DNA of 63,999 nt, filler included, from Bipalium vagum (lineage: Eukaryota), in the NCBI GenBank assembly GCA_037834085.1. It is 3 parts of 3 records of this genome, joined end to end, with 100 filler letters (N's around TTAATTAATTAA, not from the genome) between each part and the next. Parts side by side here need not be neighbours in the genome. Positions count along the whole stretch, not along the records: positions 1 to 28,444 come from JBBMKC010048249.1; 2 more parts are not named here. One strand, given 5' to 3'. This document shows, piece after piece, positions 1 to 13,840 of this stretch; position 1 is the first letter of the stretch, and each line of letters opens with the position of its first letter. The position numbers were made by a program, and so were the translations under genes. The notes beneath the pieces are model-generated. The model searched no databases. It saw only the letters and a program-made list of their open reading frames with translations, and had not been told where the DNA came from.

Positions 1-26
1 AAAATTAAACTAATAAAAAGTAAAAT

Positions 27-110
27 AATAAATATAATAAAAAATAATAAAAATAATAAAAATAATAAAAAATAATAAAAATAATAAAAATAATAAAAAT
101 AATAAAATAA
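27..110. repeat. (AAAATAATA)n tandem repeat
   Basis: Directly visible. Confidence 0.85.
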
Positions 111-279
111 GTTACATGATAAAAAATAAAAAATTGCAATTTTCAATATTTACAGAAATATTTTTAGTAAAAATTAATACTATTATAAAATTGTTACGCA
201 TATGAACCTTTATTAATAATAAATTTTATAACAGAATTTTATCTTGAAAATCGATTTATGTCAAATATAAATTTTCTAG

Positions 280-487
280 ATTTCCTTTCCTGTGATTATA
301 AAAAACGACCCCAACCGAAAAACAAATGATAAAAAACCTTATGACCACAGGGAATCAACTCTTCATGGCAACAACGATTCAAAGAATTTGATTATAATTG
401 GAATATTGACAACTGTTGTAGTTATTGTGATAATAATTACAATTATAATTATTTTAATTATTCGACGACGCACAATAACAGAAAGAG
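280..487 (+). CDS. Internal exon of a single-pass transmembrane protein (gene A; upstream exons lie outside the window)
   Basis: Acceptor ttttctag|ATT at 280 and donor GAAAGAG|gtaatt at 488. Translates ISFPVIIKNDP...NLIIIGILTTVVVIVIIITIIIILII-RRR: a hydrophobic TM segment followed by a basic stop-transfer motif. Ends in phase 1. Confidence 0.8.
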
Positions 488-1139
488 GTAATTTATATTT
501 AATAAATTTTATTTTACTTCATATGTTGATATTTCATATTTTATTATTATTATTATAACTATCATAAAAGTAATTCTTATTTTAATTTTTGAAAATTTAA
601 AATAATTGTTCTAAAGTTAAATATAATAAACCACCAGATGATAACCTGCTTAATATCATAAATTCTTCTTCCTTAATCCTTTTATGCTCATTATCAATAT
701 TTCCCTTAGTTTTATGTATTTGGTTGATTTCTCTGAATACTTGGCTTATTAATATTACATTATTACATTAATTTCGATAATGTAATGTAGCTTGGGATAA
801 ATTATATGAAATGTATTATGAAAGATAGGAATCTTTAAACTAATGCAACTACCAGTGATGCGGAATTTTGGAAATTAATTATGCAAATCAAAAAAGATTC
901 GTTAGATATTCTTGACAATCCTCTTCCATTTATTTGAATTAGAGCGGTATCATTAATATTTTTCGTTATTAACTTTAATTTTGATAATAAACATTTATAT
1001 TATATTATATTATATTATATATTTTCACTTTTAGATATATTTTTAAACTTTCTCCGTTTTTATATAAATATTTTATAAACAAACGTTATTATATATGTTT
1101 TACAATTAAGGTATTGATTGATAGCTCAGATATTGTGTA

Positions 1140-1192
<53 letters not shown>

Positions 1193-1193
1193 T
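1140..1193. repeat. (ATT)n microsatellite
   Basis: Directly visible; produces the spurious poly-Ile ORF. Confidence 0.95.
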
Positions 1194-2278
1194 ACAATAA
1201 AATTTTACTGAAAAATGTTTAATATGAAAAATGAGAGAGATGAGAGAGGTTATAGAATCAATATTGACCATGTTTTTATAAACTCAGAAAAAGATATATA
1301 CAGAGGATTTTGAAAGAAATCTTTGTTGTGTACAAATTTCCAGGAGCCCCACCGAGACTGACAGTGATAAATTATTGGATGTGATTGACAGTGTTCGACG
1401 AAGAGTAGCCAAACTAATCTAAGGATTATTATTACTACGCAGTAATGTCAAAACGATTATATAAACTTCGAATGATTACCAAAGCAGTGTATGGGTACCG
1501 GGTAGATTTTTTTGAAAAAAAATAAGTAAAACAATTTCTGCTACATTGAAGCTTAGGAAAATTAATACGTACTTTAATGGAATTATTGCAGGTGATACAA
1601 AATTGGATTATTTATGAAATATTGCTAAGATAATCTTTTGACAATTGAGATCTACCTTAAGAGGTTTTCTTAAAACGGTCGATGGAAGGTGGAAATGAAA
1701 ATTGTGTCGCATATTACCAGTTGACCTCTGAAAATAGAGATAATGATTTTCAGTGAAAAACTGGTGAGAAAATTATGAATAGGCAATCGGAAGTGGTTTA
1801 AGAATAGCAAATATTTTATTGATTAAATATAACATTATAAAAAAATTTTATTTATTAATTTTATTGAGAAAAAAAAAACGAAACGTTTCACAAATTTCAT
1901 ATATTTTTATTACTCTATTTTCATTTGGTTTAAAAGTGAAAAATTTGTTATTATTAAAGAAATAATTATTTTTAGTGAATGTCTGTCATAATTTGGAAAA
2001 ATCAATAAATCTTATAAGTAATCTAGAAGAAAGACAATAATTCGATACTAAATTGAGGGTATTGAATGTGATCAGAAAATTGTAACTAGTATTATTTTAA
2101 ATTAATAACAATATTGATCGAATTAAAATCTGAAGAAATATTATGAAAAAATAATAACGAATTACAGAATATAAAATTTTTTCAATTAATTTAATATTAA
2201 TATTTACGACATTTTTTGTCATATTCACTTATAATAATGATATGATATTAAATTAATATTATGATATTAAAGTTAGTA

Positions 2279-2669
2279 CAGATGAAAAGTCTATAGCATA
2301 TCTAGACCTTTCAATTGAAGATTTTCAGGTTCTCCTTGTATATTTTCAACCGTACCTACATTTTTTCGACTGGGGGATTATGGTCACCCACTGAACACAA
2401 AGATGTCTAGCGCCCACATGATTAAAGAGAGTATTTCCGCCATCTGATGCAAATTTATCCGTGGGTCTTCTTTGCTAAATCTCGAACCACGGTTACATTT
2501 TCATGCATAGTCACTTCTGTTCGGCGACCGGATCACAGAAGGTCATAAAAGCAAGTCCGACATATCAGTAATTGACGAAATCAATTCGTAACAGAAGAAT
2601 ATCTAACAGCTTCTGTTCCCACTGGTTGGTGGTGTCTGTTGTGGATATATTCTACAGACTTTTTATCTG
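2279..2669 (-). mobile_element. Internally deleted mariner derivative (MITE-like)
   Basis: TA-flanked TIRs CAGATGAAAAGTCTATAG / CTACAGACTTTTTATCTG. The minus strand retains an HTH-linker remnant (SGRRTEVTMHENVTVVRDLAKEDPRI). Confidence 0.65.
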
Positions 2670-2689
2670 TACTAATATATTACATTATA

Positions 2690-3106
2690 CAGTACGTTAA
2701 TTAATACCGTGAACAAAAATTAAAGATAAAATAATTTACGAAAGAAAACGATTTATTTATTTTTAAGAGAGTTACAATTACAATGGAATAACCAAGAAGG
2801 AATACTATTTTAGTCTTTAATAATTATTTTAATTGATGGAACCTCATTTAGTATAACAAATTTCATTCTTTTATAGCAATCCAATCTTTCATCCTCTGAC
2901 TTCTGTAGCACGGAACACCATCGTAAAAGAGAATCCATGATTCCTCATTCTTAAAACACTGCTGCTGAAACGATGATAATTTGACAATTAATACCTTTAA
3001 GTACCAGAGAAGGTTCCCAAAAATAACACTGGTCGGATGCTTGACTATAGGGGAAAAGATATATTTTCTATGACTGAGAAATAGTTAATTAATAGTTAAC
3101 GTACTG
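2690..3106. mobile_element. Non-autonomous Tc1/mariner-type TIR element
   Basis: TA-CAGTACGTTAA ... TTAACGTACTG-TA terminal inverted repeat. Confidence 0.6.
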
Positions 3107-3894
3107 TATATTTTATTATATTATATTATATATTGTATAATATATAAATATAAATAAATTGTGTTTATTCCCTGGAAATTCTCAATAGTATTTAATTGAC
3201 TTAACCTTGACGAATTAAACATGTGAAATTAAACCAACTTGATAAGAAGAAAGATTAATTTTTTTTATTTATAATATATTTTTAAAAATAAATATATTTA
3301 ATAAATAAAATATAAAAGATGAATAACGAAAGTGAAGTTATGAAAAAGCACTAATAAACCATACCACCCAAACTGATATATGTGATGGACATTAGGGAAA
3401 TTAGATTATTTGCTGCTTTCGAAACAAAAATTGGAAAGAGAAATATTTTTACTTTATCATGTAAAATTTAGAGAAATCAAAGCGAAAAAAATATTATTTT
3501 TGACTTTTATATAATTTTATTGGTATTAATTTGAACCTAAAATATCATGAAACTTAAATGGACGATTGATTTTTATTTATTTCATAAAATATGCAGGTTT
3601 GGAAAAAATTGAGTGTATATTAAAAAAATAGTGCTAAAAAATGAAATGCATGAATATTTTATGTGACAAATATAAATAACAATATAATAATTGTAATACT
3701 ACTATGTTCAAAAAGTAAAGTGACTTATAAATGGGAAGTCCTAAAAAGCCGTTATTTCTATACTGCCACAACATTCAACTATATTTTTGCTGAATTTCAT
3801 TTTAAAATGTTAAAAAAAAGTAACCGTTGTTTGTTTACATCAATTAATTCGCCTTTTATGATTTTTAAAAATGTCTTACACAGAGTAAAGAGGT

Positions 3895-4070
3895 TGCATT
3901 AAATTTTATTCAAAAAATGAAATCAGTGCAACCAAAAGTTTTCAATAATGCAGACAGCATTTGGTGAATAATGCTTATAGAGAAAAAATATATTCAAGTG
4001 ATATAAATTATTCGGAAAAGGTTGTGAGTCCATAGAAGATAAGGATCGTTCTGGTCTTCCATCAACATTG
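3895..4070 (+). mobile_element. Mariner N-terminal HTH remnant
   Basis: Frameshifted KNEISATK...QTAFGE...GCESIEDKDRSGLPST. Confidence 0.55.
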
Positions 4071-4635
4071 ATATCAAAAAGAAATTTGCAAACAATTATT
4101 TTTCACAAATCAATATATTTTTGTAATTGAAACTAACTTACATGAAAATTTTTTAAGAACGAGAACTAATTTCTAAGTAAATATTTTTGGTGAAATTCAA
4201 TATTAATCGTGCGTACATTATTTATTTATTTCATCACTATTATATGTAAATGTTTTTAGTATAATACTTAATATAATACTTTAACATGTTCAGAACATGT
4301 TTCAGTGAACTTTAATATTTCTGTTCTGATTTTTCAAAATTATGTAATATTCAAAGTTAATTATTATTTTCCTCATTGTTGATTCAAATTCATTTATTGA
4401 CATTTGAAGAATTTTATCCATAATCCTTTTTTTAAGAAGTTTTATTATTTATTTAAAAAAAGTTTTCAACACAATTTTTAAATTTATTATTTATTATTAT
4501 TTTATTAAATATATATTGTGTACATATATTATTAAAATTGAAAAAAATTAAAAATAAAAACTGTAAAAGAAATTTATATAAAAAAATTAAAATTAATCTT
4601 CTTAAAAAATATTGAGTTTTTCATGAAATTATTGA

Positions 4636-4800
4636 ATTATTATTAATTAATTTTATTAATTATTAATTAATTTTATTAATTATTAATTAATTTTATTAAT
4701 TATTAATTAATTTTATTAATTAATTTTATTAATTATTAATTACTTTTATTAATTATTAATTAATTTTATTAATTATTTATTATTGATTAATTATTATTAA
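4636..4800. repeat. AT-only minisatellite, about 20-nt unit TATTAATTAATTTTATTAAT
   Basis: Tandem copies directly visible. Confidence 0.85.
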
Positions 4801-7199
4801 TTTTGATTAAGATTTAATCATCTATTCTTATGTTCCTTTTTCTATATCCCCTTAGTTAATCTAAGCTGTGTTCTTTTAATGACCGCTGACTCATAAATTT
4901 CTGTTTCTTCGACATTAGCAAAATTACTCATTAATACAGAAAATCATTTTAATTAAAATATATCATTTTTGTTTTCATTTTACAACTCGTAATATGATTT
5001 TATACTTTTTTTCTGTTTTATTTAATGTTTAATAATTTGATTTTGAAATGACCTTGTATTTCCTCTATGAATAGTTGACCACACCAACGAAATGTATTAA
5101 AAATATTAGCTTAATTTACATTTATAGTTCCAGCCTTGATTTTTAGAAAAACTTTACTCTTTTTAGTTACCGAGATAACCTTCAAGCTTTCTTCATTTCT
5201 GCTTCAAAAAATCTTTTTTCTGAAACTTTTAATTTATTTTGAATAAAGAATTTTAATTTTTAATATTCAATAGTTCTCTTATCTTTTCCGGGATTTTATA
5301 TTATTAAAAAATTCTGTATTCATAAACATTTCTGCTTCCATATTTTCATTTCCCATTCTTGATAAGTCTAATTTTTATATCTTTTTTTTAGTTTGTTCCA
5401 GGTTTTACCACCCTATTTAGAGTCAGAAGTAATAAAACTTTTTATTAGACCTTTTCCATACCTGGATTCAAAAATAATCACATTTGATATTAATGTGGAA
5501 ATTATCGATCAGAAATGGATCCATTTCATTTTTTTTTAAAATTAAAAATACATCATCAAAATATTATTTATATGCAAATGATCTACTTATCTAGAAAATA
5601 TTTGAAGAGTGACAATGACCTGGACAGAGTAGATTCGAGATCCTCGTCAATATAGTGTTATAACAATGAGCATTGCTTACTTTCAAAATTGTTATTTAAA
5701 AAGTGTTTATTTAGAATATTTTAAAATTTATGTTCCCAAAAAATATGCATTGTTATAACAAGGAATCCCGATATTATAACAACCAAAACATGAAGTTGAA
5801 AAATTTGAAGTATATTTTGATTGAATATTTTTGGTGAGGTTATTGTCATAATCAAATGGATTTCTAAATCTCAAATGTTATTTTTCAATTCAAAAGAGAA
5901 GTTTACATAAATAATATAATTATATGTATAAACATTAATATTTTTCTCCTACACATATTTTATCAGTTAACAGCAAAATCTGTTTAAGCATGCAATTATT
6001 AAAAAAGATTGGGTTCTATGGTTTTCATATATTGTAAATTTCCTTTGGTTACCATATATAATATTTTCCTGTGATCAAATAAAGTTCTTTCAATGTTTAA
6101 AGAGTCTCAACAACACAGATTGAATAATCTCAAATTAAAATCTCTGACTGACTCTTTTTGAGAAACAAAAGTTAAATCAGTCTTTTTATAGAATTCTTTG
6201 CTATTGATAAACTTATCCACTGTTACCAATATAATCTTTTACATTTTCCATTATTAATAAGTATTCTTCACCATCCTCTTATTTCATAATAGAATCCGAA
6301 TTAGTGCTTTTTCTTCAATCATTCTAACTGTAAAAATAAATGAATGGAATTTTATAAATTTAACTTCTAAATTGTAATTAAATTGTCCTTTCAAGAGCTT
6401 TTAAATGACACTAAATTTTCATAGAAATATTATTATCAACTGATAAGGTAAAAAAGAATTTTAAATAACTAAAAACAAGAATAACTTTTGACTCAACCTG
6501 ATATATCGATAATAAACTCTAAATAAGTTGATAATTTTACTCAATTTTTCAAAGTTTACTCAATATTTTTATACACCTTTTAATAAAGACAATAATCATA
6601 ATATTAATTGTAAATATCTCAAATTATAATAATAATATCACCGGTTTATAATATGACGTTATTCACATATTCCAGTATTTCTATTGATTTTATAAATAAA
6701 CAAAATAAGAAACAACAAAGACCAATGATAAATGAATAAATAAATAATTTCGCACGGATATTAAAACAACCATGAATTATAAATGTAATCATGAGATCAG
6801 AATTTCTTCGCGAGATTATTAAAGGAATTATAGTTTTGAATAATATAAAGAGAAATTATAATTATAATCTTCATTCTAATTTTTATATCATTAATTATTA
6901 CATCTTACTTCGTTTGTTCGTTCACAATTTTTACTTTTGTAACTCATCTGCTATTATCGTCTCAGTGTACATGATTATTTCATATGGTCTTTCTTTTAAT
7001 TAATATTTAATTAATATTTATACCATCCGTTTTTCATTAGAAATGAAGAGATACATTTTGGATAATAAATAATAATAAAAATAATAAATAAAATTTTCTA
7101 ATTTATTTACAGATAATATTGAAAAATTCTTTTTATTAATTAAAATGAGATTCATTTGATTGTAAACATTTTTCTTCAAAGAAAAACAAAAATAATCTA

Positions 7200-7480
7200 T
7201 TCGCATTGAATGAAAAAAAGTTATTTCTGAAGGCTGCTTGTTTTCTTTTAAAAGTTTCAACATTTTTATTATTTTTGAAGTTTTTAAACAACGAAAAATG
7301 ATATTCGGCAGGTCAATTCTTTGGGATTTAAGAGATTGGTATATTGATATAATATCCAAATTCCTTTAGTTGTCTGAAACAACTTTTATAGAGTTGTGGT
7401 CTTGTGCTGTCATGAAGAAGGATTCACAAATGCAATAATAAATCATCGAGGTATCTCGTCCTTTTTGTCTATTTCCTGAA
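7200..7480 (-). mobile_element. Mariner catalytic-domain remnant
   Basis: Minus strand LLHDSTRPQ (HDNARPH-like) and DLPNIIFRCL (YSPDL..SDY.LFRSL-like), heavily decayed. Confidence 0.5.
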
Positions 7481-10400
7481 CATACTGCTTCACTGTAAAC
7501 GTTTTTCTATTGTTTTAGGAAATTAATAAATTAAGAAGACAAATTTATGATCAACGGATCTTTACGATTATTTTTTTTGTTTAATTTCTGATTTTGAAAA
7601 TGTGGAATTTTGTCATGACCTAATCACTGACCTTATGACTTTCTTTAAAGCGTTCATTAAGTTTCATTATTTATCATTTCGAGCAAAGTATAAATCAAAA
7701 TTAATTTCTCAGTATCATAATTTATGCTATTTATAATATAACTATTAGCGTTATTATAGGAAAACTGAAGTTTGATAAATCAGGATGTTCATTATAACGT
7801 ACTTTCTTTTGAAATATCAATTGATAATATGTAGATATTGGTAATCTTTTTATGGATTAATAGTATATTAATTGATTCAGATAATTTTAAAATATTATGG
7901 TTATTTTTTTCCTGTGTAAGAAAATATTTAAATTATTTTGGGGAAGCAAAATTCGAAAAATTTCAGGCAGCTTTTGAGCAATGGAAACAAGTTTCTCATT
8001 TCTCAAAGTAGACTGTGCAATAAAAATAAAATCCGGTGGATAGCTTTCAATTTTAATACAGTAAAATAATTGATTGAGTTCAATGAAAACGAGTTTCATA
8101 GGCAAATGATGCTTAGTGAGACAATGTACAATTCAAAAATTATTTTTAATGGGTTAACAAGATGAAAGCAAGTTCGTCCTAAATTATATGATTAGTCACC
8201 CTTTTTTCTTGTTATTAAATAAACTGTTATCATAAACAAGATTTGCTGTTTGTAACTCCAAGATTGAAGTATCAGTGTGATACAGTTTAACTTCAGAAGG
8301 TTTCACTGAGTGATATTTCTTCAAAGACGGATATTTTTGAATTAAACAATATTTCATGTGACCTAAAGTAGTAAGGAGTCTTAAACACTTAAAACCGCAT
8401 GAGACATCAACATAAAATTGTCTTATGTTAATAAACTGGGTAGACAGAAAATTCCCTAATTAATAGATTAGATGTTCTAACTTCCGATCTAATTCCAATA
8501 GACTTCTTATGGAGGTATCTAAAGCACATTATGTACAGATTTGTATCTTCCACTGTCACAGAGCTTAAGGACCGAATTAATCATGTTTGTACCGAGGTAG
8601 ACATTTGAGTGCTCCAGCATACATCTGTTTTTGTCATCAAAGGGTTTACCTATATGTTTATCATAAAGTGTATTAAGGTTCGATAAATATTTAGTCAAGA
8701 TTTCTAGGTATATTGCCCAATATTTTAATTATAATTATGCGAACAGTGATAGTGTCTTCATGATAACAAGTTTTCCAAGGACAACTTTTATTGATTTATC
8801 AAGTAGAGACACGCTCACATTTTAATTTCTCAAACCACCTGTAAACTGTTTTAAAATAGTCTCATCAAGAAAGCCCAATTTTAAAACATCAAAATATTGC
8901 TGACGTCTCAATTCACATGGAAAATCATAGAGTAGTATGAAAATTTTTTAATTTATAATTTTTTTTCATATGCTAAAATTACCTAAAATATTTTTTCTTT
9001 ACGTTTTGTCATGTCTATTTTCTAAAATTGTTCAATATGGCCTCTGTTATGTGCAAAATAATTATTATGTTATCCAGTTTAATATTTTATATAAATTCAG
9101 AATTATTTATATTTATTTCAATATTATTTATAAATTCAATCTTCATTAATTAATTTTTCAAGCAAATAATATTATATATAATATTTATATTCATTTATTT
9201 ATATTCATTTATTTATATTCATCTCTATATGAAAAATTAGTGAAATAATAATTTTACTAAATATTTGTCAAATATTGACAATAAATAACGAAAAAATTCA
9301 GAGAACATTAATCCTTCTGTCTTATTTTGAAAAAGGCATTTCGTCCAACAATATAAGTATAGTCGATAAATTAACAGAAATAATTTTGGTTCGCTTACAT
9401 TTTCCATTGATAATAAAATCATTTTCTAATTTCATTCAGGTCACAATATTCTCCTGTCAGCTAAATTGCTGTGGTACCTAGTTAATATTCTATAATGTAA
9501 CGAAACCTATTCATAATTAAACCTAATGAAATGGAAATACAATTTTCATTAATTTTATTTCTAATAATATGTAATTATTTTTTTTCATAAAAATTCTTTT
9601 TAATTGAAATTTTTCTTCATGAATTTTTGTTCTTCAATCATTATATGTACGTAAAATAAAAATTTTAAATAAATAAATAAAAATTATATAAATAAAATAA
9701 TATAAAAAATAAAAAATAATGTTAAAAATATGATTATTAGAATAATAATAATTTTAATTGTGATAGGAATAAAAACTATATAAAATTTAATAATAATATT
9801 TTCTTAATAAAAAAATCAAATAAATTATAATGGTAATACAATAATAATATAAAAAATTAATATGATTAAATAAAATAAATAATAATAATAATAATAATAA
9901 TAACCAAAAAATTAGAAATGTATTAAGAAATTAATTTTTTTATCTTAAAATAAAGATAAGAATTTGTTTAAATATTTTTTATTAATAAATGAGAACGTTC
10001 AATTTTCAAATAAAATTAACGAAGAAATGGAACTTTAATGTTAGCAGACATGAAGTCTTTACAATTAAATCTTTCGAGTTTGTAAAATAAGTCTTGTACT
10101 GTGAATACAAATTTGTAACCATTGAAGTAGTTCTCATTAGAGTTTTTCTTCATACCAGTCTCATATCTGGTTTTATGACCAATTTTAGATGTCTTAGTTG
10201 ATTAAAACAAATAGTGGTCCGATATCATTTCGTGGAATGCATAATGGTATTTCTATTATCAGTATAGTCACTTGAAACATTTGTTATTATTTACGACATT
10301 TATTCTGATCAGAAATATGAAGGGTTTCAATTTGTTTTAATATTGATTATTGGCTGGACTTTGGATAAAATTAAAACAAAATAAAATTATATCAGGAAAA

Positions 10401-11041
10401 GAACGACTGCAACAGAAATAAAAATGACCTTCAGTAATTGTTTAAATATTATAACTAATCATTAATAATTACATTAATTTATTTTTATTAATTACATTTA
10501 ATTTTATTGACATGTATCCAGCTGATTTCATTAATAAAGTTCGGGACCTATACAAGAATCATAAAATATATAAAGAATTGTCACATTATTAGATTTATAT
10601 AGTAAAAAACAGATAAGGTTTGTTCAAAAAGAAATAAGATAAAAAAAGTTTCTAAAAACCAAATGAAAAGACAAGCTCAAGGGTTGTGGCCACAAAGCTA
10701 GGGGAGATTGCGATGTCCACACAAGCTTGTGTACTATTAAAAGACCTTTACCAATTTTTGGATTGATTTACAGGAAAATGGCTCAAGTATTACTTTTAAC
10801 AACAAACACAAAAGGCTCGAATATGGATCTCAACAAGATTGACTTGTTCTTCAACATTTCTTTTTTCAATCAATAAAATACAAAGAAAAATAATATCGCA
10901 TTTTTTTATTTATATAAAAATAAAATAATATATTTATAAAAAATTATAAAATATAAATAATTATAAACGAAACAAAAACTAATATTATTTTTTTAATTTT
11001 CTTATTAAATATAGTTTTATTTCTTTTATTTTCTAAATTAG

Positions 11042-11106
11042 AATTGGACAACAACAAATGCTACCAAGCCATCGACCTGCCGGTTAACAAATACGAAATG
11101 TCTGAA
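11042..11106 (+). CDS. Small cytoplasmic exon of gene A
   Basis: ttttctaaattag|AATTGG...TCTGAA|gtaagc. Phase 1 in, phase 0 out, matching both neighbouring exons. Translates (E)LDNNKCYQAIDLPVNKYEMSE; locally higher GC. Confidence 0.75.
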
Positions 11107-12216
11107 GTAAGCGTTGATTTACTCTTTAATTATGCAGAATATTTTTATGTTTCATTTCAGTCAGCTTTAATAGCCCTTCCATTTAATTATGTTTACCCCA
11201 ATTATTATTGTTTTAATTTTTAAAACAATTAAAGAAACACCGATTTCTGTTCATTTCACTATGTCCCGTCCTTTTATCTTTTGGCTGCTCTATTTAATGA
11301 GTAATAATAGTTTCATTTTATGGAAATTAATACCAAAGAACTAAAACAAAGAATTAATGAAAAAAAGATTGGTTGTCATTACAACTTTGACTTGGTGGTC
11401 TACCATTATTTGCTTAGTTTTTCAGGTTGCAAGAAAACCACGAATTGAAATAAAGTAAATCTTCTTTATACAAAAGGGGTCCATTGTTGCTGTTTGAGAT
11501 TATGGAAGATTATTTATTTCTTTTACTGGAATTTGATATATATCGAACTATATAAATAGAAATTGCCTAGATCTCGATAGAACACTATATTAGGCTCTAT
11601 TAGAAATTTGGTTCCAATTTTTAGAGAAAGGTTGATGAAACATGAGGATAAACAAAAAGGCGTAACAAGGAAACAATCATTTGAGATCTCAACCTTACCA
11701 TTTACCAATCATTTTAAACTAAATATATTTTTAAAATAAAGTAATCGAAACAGAAAAATATCAAAACAAATTTCATCAATTGAATTTCGTTTATGGAAAA
11801 GGTCACATACTTAAAAGCTGTTTTCACAAATGGATTCTATGGAAAACATTAACAAATATGGATTCCTGCAGCTTCAAAGTAGAACCTCTGGCATGAATAT
11901 GATATGAAACATATCCATCTGTCTTGATCGTATTCAATTAGTAAGCCTACAATGCGCCATAGCGGCTGACTTAATTCTGATTCTCAAATCGCTATATAGT
12001 TTTCGTTTCATGCTAAGATAACTTGGAGAAAGTGAAAGATGGTACAGATCATTTTTAGTCGGTTTTTCTTTTCCATGTATAAACATTGTAAAATATACCT
12101 GAAATAAAGATCACTGGATTATGTTGGTTGACATTAATAAGAATGGATGAATGAAATAGTTTTTAGGCTGCAAAATATCTAATGTTTATCTGATCATACC
12201 AATTATTATTTCGCTA

Positions 12217-12220
<4 letters not shown>

Positions 12221-12272
<52 letters not shown>
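12221..12272. repeat. (ATT)n microsatellite
   Basis: Directly visible. Confidence 0.95.
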
Positions 12273-12274
<2 letters not shown>

Positions 12275-12499
12275 TACCAAAATATTTTACTACAAGTAAA
12301 CATATATATATTAAAGCCTTGTCACTGGCAAAAATATGTTAATCGATGAATATATTTAATCATATAGTAGATGAATAAAGAGAGTATGATTAAGTTGTTA
12401 TGCAATAAGAAATTCTTGTTTTGCTGCAATCTTTGTAAAATTATGAGTAATTTTGAAATGCACTATTACTCACCTGTCATTCTATAATTAGAGATATGA

Positions 12500-13096
12500 A
12501 AGTTACAAGTTAAAAATTCCGTTTCCTTACCGAAACATGTCCCAAAAATGACACCGAGGCTAAAGGATGTCATCAGTTCAAGTACAAAGCATAAGGCAAC
12601 GATTAAGTTTCATTAAAGATCATTTACCACTGGTATTTAGATTTCCAATTTAGACAATGAATTTCTTCAAAAGACAATACCAGGTTCGAATGCCACAGGC
12701 TTCTCATCGTTATAATGCATGAATTAGTATATAATGATAAACAAATTGATTGAGTTTACTGCTGCTTTACGTATTTTTCCCCTGATTTAAGAGAAAAAAC
12801 GTTAAATGAATTCCCACATTATTCTTAGACATGATAATGCTGATCCATACTGTGCTTCTTTTGTAGCCTAATCCCTTGAAGAAAAAAAATAATTTTCATA
12901 CAATAGTTAACCTACAGTCCAGACTTAAATATGTTCGATTCAAAACTTGAATGGAATCGATTTAATCGAACGTTTTCAACCCTATCCTCCGAAACCTAAT
13001 CAATCAGTTCCAGTAGTTAATTTCCAAATTCCAAAACTGAATTCGTGCTATCATTGATGCAAAAAATTGATATATGTTTTAAATGTGCCACCCTAT
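12500..13096 (+). mobile_element. Tc1/mariner remnant
   Basis: HIILRHDNADPY and PYSPDLN motifs; ends in a TIR-like GTGCCACCCTATA. Confidence 0.5.
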
Positions 13097-13237
13097 ACTT
13101 TATATATATACATACATTTATAATAGCTTTCATTAAACATTCTTCGACAATTAACAATCATAAAAATGTGATTACTTAAGTTATGTTTTTGAGAATAAAA
13201 TAATAATATTTATGATTAAAATAAAACTTTATTCCAG

Positions 13238-13840
13238 CAAGTCGGTATGTTGCAATCGTCAATGTCCCCAGGAAAAGATAATCTATTTCGTGGTTACATG
13301 ATCCCTTCTCAATACTCCGATTCTCTACACAAAACTCTATCCTGTAATATACAAAAATCTCCGTCTACTTCTAGTCCCCCGTTTTCGCCACCATCATATC
13401 ACCAGGTGTTGACCAACCAAGGTGTCCGTATTATTCAAAATCCTAATCGATTTAATGATCAATATATTTACGAATGGTCATCAATATCAGATGATAGGGA
13501 GAAATCGATGCACAGAAACCTTAACAACCTTGAAAATATAAGGTCTATGTCTCCTACCAAAAGCATGTCCATTCACAATAGTTCAAAAATGCTTAATGAT
13601 GATCAACATGATTCTGGATATCAAATTTTGAACCCGTTTGGGATAATTTCGTATCCACAACCAAATTTCATAAATTATTCGCCCGAAAGTCTGATACCAT
13701 GTGAAAACGAGATATTACCCGGTGATTCAAGATCATTGACCATGTTGAACAACTTTTTTGATGAAAATAACAATGGATCTCACAGCAAGACCACCCCAAG
13801 AACAATGAAAAAGAACTATTTTCAGACAACCTTTGTTTAG
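13238..13840 (+). CDS. Terminal exon of gene A: Ser/Pro/Asn-rich cytoplasmic tail ending QTTFV* (class I PDZ-binding motif); protocadherin-like receptor possible
   Basis: attccag|CAA GTC GGT ATG is phase 0 and in frame with the 13247-13840 ORF. AATAAA motifs follow about 100-120 nt after the stop. The family assignment is inference only. Confidence 0.8.
   Translation, partial: QVGMLQSSMSPGKDNLFRGYMIPSQYSDSLHKTLSCNIQKSPSTSSPPFSPPSYHQVLTNQGVRIIQNPNRFNDQYIYEWSSISDDREKSMHRNLNNLENIRSMSPTKSMSIHNSSKMLNDDQHDSGYQILNPFGIISYPQPNFINYSPESLIPCENEILPGDSRSLTMLNNFFDENNNGSHSKTTPRTMKKNYFQTTFV

Noticed and set aside
1089-1271. Poly-Ile ORF (also the poly-Leu ORF at 15109-15294 and the X-run ORF at 16453)
   Set aside because: Microsatellite and gap translation artefacts.
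4636-4800. CRISPR-like array
   Set aside because: No unique spacers; simple AT minisatellite in a eukaryote.
5040-6330. Minus-strand Gag-like remnants (QKESVRDFNLRL)
   Set aside because: Too degraded; no LTR, RT or integrase support.
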